The notes beneath the pieces were generated by a model. The model did no database searches. It saw only the letters and a program-made list of their open reading frames with translations, and was not told where the DNA came from. The translations under genes were made by a program, and so were the position numbers. 64,000 bases of DNA, from NCBI GenBank assembly GCA_048938855.1, contig JBHLLT010000001.1, positions 160,024 through 224,023 of the forward strand, in the 5' to 3' direction. This document shows, one piece after another, positions 10,842 to 20,100 of the stretch. Numbering within the stretch: the first letter of the stretch is position 1; each line of letters starts with the position of its first letter. The DNA is from Promethearchaeota archaeon. Lineage in GTDB: Archaea; Asgardarchaeota; Lokiarchaeia; Sigyniarchaeales; SOKP01.

Positions 10842-11594
10842 TTATTTTCTTTTGCCTTTTGGTTGTTTTTGATTCTTTAATTCTTCAATTTTTTGATCTT
10901 TTATTTTTAATTGAATTTCTACCGTATCGATCCTTTTTTTTATTTTTTCATTCTCTTTCTGCAAATCTTCAATGGTATTTTTCTGGGTTTTAATTATATC
11001 TTTTTGATTATCTATTTGTTTTTGCATTGAAAAAGCTAACTTCTTTTCAATAAGTTTTTCTTGTTCTTTTAATCTATCATTAAATTCATTTAAGTCAATA
11101 TGCTCTCTTTGTAAATTGTGGATTATTGATTTTTGTTTGTTTACTTTATCTTGCAATTCCTTTACTAAGATCTCCAATGGTTGATTTTTTCTTAAATCTT
11201 CCGTATTAATTACAATCGATGTTGATTTATTTTTTCTTTTTATTGTTTCAAGTTCTTGTTGGAGTTGTACTTTTTCTTTCCTTAAAAAGCCCATTCTATT
11301 TTTTAGATCTCTTATTTGTCTCTCGTTTTCTTCTATTTCTAGAGCCATTTTAGATTCAATTAATTTCTGTTTCTTACTTTTATTATCATCATCCTCGTCT
11401 GGAAATAATGACTCCAGTTTCATAATTTGATCTTCCAGATTTTCTATCACTTCTAGATATTCAGAAATTTCATTTTCTTTCTTATTAAGCTCTGCTTCAA
11501 GTTCGTTAATTCGAGCCTTTAAAGCTTTAATTTCATTATTGGAACACTCATTCTTATCAGATAAATCTTCTGTCAATTTTTGAAGAAACCCCAA
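10842..11594 (-). CDS. Long coiled-coil protein
   Basis: E/K/Q/L-rich heptad pattern throughout; no catalytic motif seen. Confidence 0.7.
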   Translation of the reverse strand: MGFLQKLTEDLSDKNECSNNEIKALKARINELEAELNKKENEISEYLEVIENLEDQIMKLESLFPDEDDDNKSKKQKLIESKMALEIEENERQIRDLKNRMGFLRKEKVQLQQELETIKRKNKSTSIVINTEDLRKNQPLEILVKELQDKVNKQKSIIHNLQREHIDLNEFNDRLKEQEKLIEKKLAFSMQKQIDNQKDIIKTQKNTIEDLQKENEKIKKRIDTVEIQLKIKDQKIEELKNQKQPKGKRK

Positions 11595-11795
11595 ATTTAT
11601 TTTATACTTTAAATAAATTATCTTAATACAGATATTAAAATTTTATTTAACTAGATTATATCATTTAATCTTTTTTACTTGTAATTAATTGATATTTTTT
11701 GATTTTTATATGATCGTTTAGTACATGAAGAGGGATATTTAGATATTTAAGAAACGATTAAGTTTATTTTTGAAAAAGTATATATGTTAAGAGCA

Positions 11796-13853
11796 TTATT
11801 TTACAGATACTAAAAATCTATAAGCCATAGAAAAGAAGGATTCATTAACATTTTCACCAGTTTTAGCAGAAGTAAGAATATATTGAAAGTCATAATGATT
11901 TGCTAATTTTTTTATTTGGCTTTCACTGATAACAATTTCATCTTCTAAATCAGATTTATTTCCTACTATGATAGTATTAACTACCTTTCCAATAAACCTG
12001 GTTATTTCATAATTCCATTTCTGAATTGACTCTAAACTATCCTGTTTTGTTCTATCTATAACTATAAATGCTGCATTGGCCCCCTCATAGAATCTTTTTC
12101 TATATGGACTCATTTGCTGGATTTGCCCTCCAACATCCCATATAGCAAAGTTTACTTTTGTATTTTTACCTAATTCTACGGTTTTTTTAGAAATTTCTAC
12201 TCCTACAGTACTCTGATAACTCTCTTTAAAAAGGTTTTTTACGAAGCGAAATATTAGTGAAGTTTTGCCCACTTTATAGTCTCCTACTAATATCAGCTTT
12301 AAAGAATATTCACCCCTAGGTATTTTTCCATCCTTAGTTTTAGATAAAGTTTTTACTATTTCAGGAATTTCAAGAGAGACATTTTCATTCCCCTCTAGGA
12401 TCATTTCTATTTTTCCTGCTATATGTTCTGAGAAAACTCTTAATTCGGTATCTGAGCTAGATAAATCTGAAATTGTTAACAAAATTGATTTTAATCCCAT
12501 TGAACAATAAGAAAACTTTTTATCACTAATAGTCGTAATATTAAAAAAACTGGTTTGTTCTTCAAATTCTTTCTTTATTCGATCTATATAACTATCAACC
12601 GAAGCAGCTATTGCTCCCAATACAGTCTCATCTCCTGCTTCTCCTTTACTCTCCGAAGTAATAATTAATCCTTCTCTATCACATATAATTACAGCAATTA
12701 TACTTTCAAGATTATCCATAAAATTTTTAATAAGAATTTTTAAACTAGTTTCTAGGTTTGATAATCCTTGATATTGATTATCCTGACTTAAGGATGGAAT
12801 ACCTAAATTAGTTTTGATATCAGATAATTCAATCTTTCTGATACTTTCTTTCATTTTCAATTGCATTCGATAAAATGGTTCAGTATTATCTCCTAATTTT
12901 GATGAAATATCAATTAATTTGTTTAAAAGGTTGTCTACAGACTTAAGATTCTCATTCTTTATTGTATCTTCTAATTCATTAATAAGTTTTTCTTTTTGAA
13001 AAAATAAATCCATTAATGGTAAAATGTTTTCTTTCATCATCAGAATCTCTGAGATTAAGAGAATTAGTTTATTTTTGTAATTAGAATCTATTCCAATAAT
13101 TGGATATGAGTCTAATTCTAAAATCTCCTGGACTCTTGATACAGCAAGAGCATTTTCTAAATCTTGTTTATTTGCTATTGCTATTGTATAGGCATATGGA
13201 ACTTCTTCTTCTATTTTTTTTAAAAATAGTCTAGATTCTTCTGCATTTTTTAATGTAGAATCTGTAATTATAAATACAGCATCGCTATCTCTAATAAAAT
13301 TATTCCATAAAAATCCAATTTTCTCATCACCAGTAAAATCACGAATATAAAAGTATAAAGGCCCCACTTTTAATGTAGCAATTTCTGCTGAAATCTGAGG
13401 TTTGTTTTCTATAAAAATTTCGTTTGTTCTAAGAAGATTAGTAATCGTGGTTTTTCCCACTCCAGAATATCCAACTAAAGAAATAATGGGAGGAAATTTA
13501 TTTTGAATCGTGTAAATTAATCGATCAATTTTTTCGATATGTTTTTCATCATCAAAAGAAAAGGAATCTGTTTCAATTAATTCAAGAAAATCATCTTTAA
13601 ACCTAATTATTTCCTTTTTAACTTTTTCAAAAGGATTATTCATAGTATTGATGAATATGAATAAAAAACTGTTTTTTAAGGCATAAGTAGTTCTAAATTT
13701 ATAATAATCTTTAAATTCAACATCTTCAATTACACTAGACTCCTCTATAAGTGGTTTTATTAATTCTTCAACCAATACATCATCTAAAGCGATTCCAAAA
13801 CGTTTTACATAAATTTGGCTTTTATCTTTGTATATATACACTTCTTGTAAAAT
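11796..13853 (-). CDS. Multidomain protein: longin-like, degenerate Arf-like GTPase, helical linker, roadblock, Rab-like GTPase
   Basis: GTPase 1: GYSGVGKTT, RDFTG, NKQD. Roadblock: IIAVIICDREGLIITS...LGAIAASV. GTPase 2: GDYKVGKTS, YQSTVG, WDVGGQ, NKSD, TSAK. Start extended from GTG 13841 to ATT 13853 by alignment with the 30794 paralog. Confidence 0.85.
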   Translation of the reverse strand: MLQEVYIYKDKSQIYVKRFGIALDDVLVEELIKPLIEESSVIEDVEFKDYYKFRTTYALKNSFLFIFINTMNNPFEKVKKEIIRFKDDFLELIETDSFSFDDEKHIEKIDRLIYTIQNKFPPIISLVGYSGVGKTTITNLLRTNEIFIENKPQISAEIATLKVGPLYFYIRDFTGDEKIGFLWNNFIRDSDAVFIITDSTLKNAEESRLFLKKIEEEVPYAYTIAIANKQDLENALAVSRVQEILELDSYPIIGIDSNYKNKLILLISEILMMKENILPLMDLFFQKEKLINELEDTIKNENLKSVDNLLNKLIDISSKLGDNTEPFYRMQLKMKESIRKIELSDIKTNLGIPSLSQDNQYQGLSNLETSLKILIKNFMDNLESIIAVIICDREGLIITSESKGEAGDETVLGAIAASVDSYIDRIKKEFEEQTSFFNITTISDKKFSYCSMGLKSILLTISDLSSSDTELRVFSEHIAGKIEMILEGNENVSLEIPEIVKTLSKTKDGKIPRGEYSLKLILVGDYKVGKTSLIFRFVKNLFKESYQSTVGVEISKKTVELGKNTKVNFAIWDVGGQIQQMSPYRKRFYEGANAAFIVIDRTKQDSLESIQKWNYEITRFIGKVVNTIIVGNKSDLEDEIVISESQIKKLANHYDFQYILTSAKTGENVNESFFSMAYRFLVSVK

Positions 13854-14158
13854 AATGTAACACCAAAAATTTCGACTTTTAAATTAATATATATTAATAT
13901 AAATATATTATTTCTGAATGAAAAATTTAATCTTTCTATTTATTTTTAATAAAGTGTTTATTTCTAATTGCTAAAATTAGGAATTATGTTTCTCTTTTTA
14001 ATGGTAAAAACATATTTATTGTATATTTATTAATCCTCAAGCAAATTGGTTTCTATACATGCAAGATCCTCTAAATATAAATACTTATAATATCTATCAA
14101 TTTATTAAAGCTATTTTGTATTTATCTAAATTTAATAAAAACAAAAACTATCTCTAAA

Positions 14159-17100
14159 ATGAAAATCTACAGAAAATTATCAGAGTATAAAATAAACTCA
14201 TTATTAATTTTACTGATATTTCTTATTATTCCAGCAATTCTTAGTACACCCTTATTAACGTTTCAAACCTCTCAAAGAAATGAGGATGAAGAAAATATTA
14301 TAACACCAAAATTGAGTTCACCATCTCATGCTAACTATTTTTCTTTCTATAAAGAAATAACGATTGATCACAATAAAGTTGCAGGATCAAGTACTTATAC
14401 AGATTTTCCAGTTCTAATTTCAATTACAGATACAGATTTACGAGTTAAAAGTCAAGTTGACGGAGATGATATTGCATTTGCTTATGATAATAATTGGTTA
14501 GATCATGAAATTGAATTATTTGATCAAGCTTTCAATTCAACTCATGCTAGATTAGTTGCGTGGGTTCTAGTCCCTTCTTTGTCTGGTATTACTGACACAG
14601 TTATCAGAATGTATTATGGTAATTCAACTATGAATTCCCAACAAAATCCTTCGGGAGTATGGATAAAAGATTATAGAGGTGTTTGGCATTTAGATGAACA
14701 AACTGGTGGAACAGATGCTATAATTGATTCAACTTCATATTCAAATGATGGAACAGACGTCAATAGCCCTCAGCTTGGTCAAAATGGTCAGATTTATGAC
14801 TCTGTGGGGTATACTGATTCTTCAGGGCAGAGAATTCAAGTTGCTGATGATACAAGTTTAGATATCTCCAATGAACTGACTGTGGAAGCATGGATAAATC
14901 CAAGTTATAATAACAAATGGATGACCATAGTAAGTAAAATGGCTGGGTCATGGGGAGGTGGATTATTATCCGATTTTGACATTTATGTTGCAGTTAATGA
15001 TTGGGGGACTTTCGATATTGGACTTGCAAACCCTTCAGATTCATATAATGAATGGCAGTCTTCTGTATATTTTTCTACTGGAACTTGGCAACATTTTGTC
15101 TTTACTTATCAAAGCTCAACTTCAATGGGGCGAATTTTTGTAAATGGTGTATTTATGGAATCACACGATTTTGGAATTGGAACAATTGGTACGAATGGAA
15201 ATCCTTTTTATATTGGTTTTAATAGAGGATGGACGGGAGAAGTTTTTGATGGATTAATTGATGAGGTTCGAATTTCAAGTATACCTCGGTCATCTGGATG
15301 GATATACACCGAATATCAAAATCAAAATGATCCTAGTTCATTTTATTCAATTGGATCAGAGAAAATTGTAGCTTCAACACCACCTAATGCTGATTTTTTT
15401 ACATTCTATAAAATTATCTCAATTGATCATAATAGAGTAGCAGGAACTGGCAGTCATAGTAATTTTCCAATCCTATTATCTTTGATTGATAATGATTTAA
15501 GATATCATACTCAATCAGATGGTGATGATATAGCTTTTTCAATTGGAGGTGATTGGTTAGATCATGAAATTGAGCTCTTTAATCAATCTTATAGTGCTAC
15601 TCATGCTCAACTCATCGTATGGGTTCAAGTACCATTTTTATCTACAAGCACAGATACAATAATCACTATGTATTATGGTAATTCTACCATGAGTTCCAGA
15701 GAAAATCCGAATGGGGTATGGAGTTCAGATTATGTAGATGTGTTGCATTTAAAGGAAGACCCATCAGGAACCATATATGATAGCACCTCTTATTCTAATG
15801 ATGGTAGTTGTTTGGGATCTATGAATTCTTTAGATTTGATACCGAGTAAAATTGGCGAGGGCTTTGAATTAGATGGAGTTGATGATATGATTAGTGTTTC
15901 AGAAAGTTCTAGTTTGGATTCGATTAGTGATGGGGGCACTTTATCAATATGGGTAAAATGGGTTGATCCAACTGCCGGAAGATACCAACGTGTGATGACT
16001 ACTAGTAATAGATTCCTTGCTAATCCGACTCCTCCACCTACACTCATCCAAAGTGATGGTTTTGAATGGGCTGTACAACCTGATGGAGATCATTTTTTTT
16101 ATCCCTGGGGAGGAGATAGCATAGATTATAATCTTGCTATAAATCCTTTTGCTAATAGTTATTGGCATTATCTTGTGTTAACTCTTAAATATTCAACAAA
16201 AAGTGTAATAATTTATTTAAATGGATCAGCTTTAAGTCTTTATACAGAAAATGTACCAACCCATTGGACCCAATTAGCTAATCTTGATGATTGGTTATGG
16301 GGTGGAAATAACATCGCAACTGGCGATCAGTTTCAAGGAATATTTGATGAAATCAGAGTTTCTAACGTAGCGCATTCAAGTGATTGGATATTAACTGAAT
16401 TTAATAACCAAAATGACCCAGCTTCATTCTATTCGATTGGAGCAGAACAACTTGTTTTAACTAATCCAGTACATAGTAATTTTTTCAATTATTATAAGAT
16501 AATTACTATTGATCATACAAAAGTTAATGGAATAGGGAGTCATATTAATTTTCCCCTTTTAATATCACTTTTGGATGAAGATTTACACTATGATGTACAA
16601 ACTGATGGATATGATATTGCCTTTGCTTCAGATGGTAAATGGTTAGATCATCAAATAGAAAGCTTTAATCAAGATTACAGTGGAACTGAAGCGGAATTAA
16701 TTGTTTGGGTTCGGATTCCTTTCTTATCCACGGCTTTTGATATAAATATTACTATGTTTTATGGAAACTCTACAATGAGCTCACGAGAAAATCCCTCTGG
16801 TGTATGGATCTCTGATTATGTTGGTGTTTGGCATTTAACTGAAGACCCTTCAGATACTCCGCCACAGATAAAAGATAGTACAGAACCTCCTACTGATGGT
16901 TCATCATCTGGAACCATGTCTTCTTCAGATCAAGTTACAGGAATAATTGATGGTGCTTTAGATTTTGACGGATTTGACGACTATGTTGATTTTGGAAACA
17001 CAGGTGAAGTACAAATTACAGGAGAATTTACTGTTCAAGCATGGTTCAAAGCAGACATTTTTATAGATAATGATTATTTAGTTGCAAAACATGATGGATC

Positions 17101-20100
17101 TGGTTTTCGAGGGTGGGATCTTAGTCTTGATGATGATCCTGGTATCAATCCTGATGGGTGGATAATGTTTAGATACTCACCTGATGGAACTAATATGGTT
17201 ACAACAGGTTATGAAAGAGTAACAGTTGGTAAATGGTATCAAGTTGTAGGTATTTTTAAACCAAATGATTATTCGAAGTTTTTTTTAAACGGTACGCAAG
17301 TAGCTATAACAACAACTGGCGTTCCATCATCTATGAATGATCCCCCATACCCTTTACGTATTGCGAGAAGATCTGATAGTTCTGCTTCTTGGTTCGACGG
17401 AATTATCGATGAAGTAAGAATTTCTAATGTAGCTCGTTCAAATGGTTGGATTACGACGGAATATAACAACCAATTTGATCCTCTTTCTTTTTATTCTGTA
17501 GGATTAGAACAAACATCGAAACCCATGATATATGTAGATGCTCAAATTAATGCATTGGATTTATATGGTAATTTACTTCCAAATGTAACAATTTCAATGT
17601 ATAAATTTACTCAATTAATAGAACGAGGCATCACTAATATTAACGGCATTGTAAGTTTCACTAACATTATTGAAGGGGACTATAATTTTACCGCAACCAT
17701 TCGTTCAAATCTCGGGGATATTGTTGAAATTGTCAATTCAACATCTCAAGCAATTATGCTTGATCAACCATTTCAGACCGTTGATTTAGTTTGCGATGTG
17801 AGTAGTCATTTCTTTGAAATAATTGATTTGGATCTTAACCCTGTTGAATCGGGATGGATAATAGTCGGGAACGCTACACATCCGCTTCAAAAGTGTATAA
17901 TCGATCCCACAGGGCACACTACATTTTGGTGGGTCAATGTCTCTCCTTCTACCTACAATTACACGATCTACTATAAAAACCCTAATTATAACCCTCCTAT
18001 AATTGAACTTGCTTCAGGCGACATAACTACTGTTAATGCGACCATTCAAGTGCAAGTCGAATTAACCACCGTAGGATTAATTGTACAAACTATTAATGCA
18101 CCTATTACGCCTGTTAGTGGCGCGAAACTTAAACTGACTCTAAACAATCCATTAGGACCAAGTATTGTAAATTTAACCACGAATATAAATGGGCAAGCAA
18201 ATTTAAGGTGGTTAACGTCCTTAGAGATTGGGGGGGATTATTCACTTCAAATTGAATTTTTTGGAGCTAATAAACTCTTTAATCAATCAGTTGGAGGTCC
18301 CGCTGAAGTTAATAATATTAGTTTCACAGTAACAAATCAAGATTACCTAGAATTTAGAATTTTAATTGATTTGAGTAAATTTCAAACTGAATTAATATCA
18401 TTGAATCCAACAGATTATATTGAGGTCGAGTGGGGCACATTATTGAAGCTAAGGATGTTATTTAATGTGAGTAAAGTAGAAGTAGGGTATGAATCTCTTT
18501 TGGGACCAGTTTATGCAGACTCAATGAGTTATACTTTATTATTAGGGGGGAGTACTGTAATATCAGGAGCATTTTCCATGGAAGAAAATAATGAAGGGAG
18601 GCATTTTGTAGATATTGATACCAAACTACTTGATAGTGCCGAGAGCTATATAATTATAATATCAGCCTATAAATCAGGATACACCATTCCTTCTGATAAA
18701 ATATTTCAGCTAAATATTTTAGAAAATGAAGTAGAATTAAATCAATCAAGCAACGATGATTCAGATACACAAACCTATTGGTCGGAAAATGTGGATATAA
18801 CTTTAAATTCTTATGGCAGTAATTCTGAAACTCTTACTGTAGAAAATTTGGTCTTCCAAAGTATCGATCACGAATTTGATTTCTTAATTTCTGATATAGA
18901 AACTCATTGGAATTTATCAAAGATTGTATTAAATCTTTATAATATCTCTTGGAATGTTGGTATTACTGATATTAATGTTACAATCGAAGATCCTTATGGA
19001 TATATTTACTTTTTCGATAATTCTACTCATCTTGGATGGGATTATGCTCAAGGTACATGGACAGGAATCGTTTTAAATCTAAATAGAGCCAGTCGCACGA
19101 ATGATAATAAGTTTGAGTTTCTCATCAGCGGAACCTTTGATAATACTATTGATATTATTGCAGATGCTTATTTTATCAGAGATAAAATAAATGTACAATA
19201 TTCAAAATTCAATATCAGCAACGAAATTTCCCTTCTAACTAAAGGAGAAGGATGGGTTATTAGTAATATCACTTTTGAAATTTTTGACTGTTATGATAGT
19301 TCCGATTGGAGCGTCGTAGATTTAAGTTTAACTGACCTAAACATTACTACCAACGAGGGGTTCACATATTCATTAGATTATGGGTATCCAGATGGAACTG
19401 GTCTCTTAAGCATTGCCGATTCCTTTATATACCCTATAGGAAATCAATTCTTATTTACAGTTGAAACGGATCCTAATATCATCTTTAACGCCATTATTAA
19501 GGTGGAATATATTCAAGGTTTTTATAGGAATCAATTTTTAGAAACTTTAAATTGTACAAAAACAGAACGAGGGATTACAAATGGAGGGTCGTTTCAAATA
19601 AGTGCTTCCGGGAGTAACTGGAGTGAACATGAAGCTATATTATGGATTAAAAACATAAAAAGTGGTCCAACTTATTACTTTCCCTCTGAGATTGCAATGA
19701 ATATCACGATTGGAGGGCAAAAATATAGTATTTCGGATTATGCTTCAGGAATAGGGACTTTATCACTTTCAGGATTCTCTAAAGAACAACTCTTACATGC
19801 AGTTATTGAAACCTCTTTAATGGTGGATTTTACTCTTTTACTTTCAATTCAATATTCACGATTAGCCTCTTATGAAATAATTGGTTCATTAATTTATACT
19901 ATTGTTGAAGCCCCTTCTATTTATGGTTCAGTGCAATATGATTCAGATTTGGGATATTATCTAAAGACAATCGATACTTCTTTACTTGATGCTGATGAAT
20001 ACACTGTTAGATTCACGGTAAATAAACCCCATTATAAGATGACCGCTAAAGATTTTAAATTAATCGTCTTAAATCGCCCCACATTGCTAAATCAATCCTC

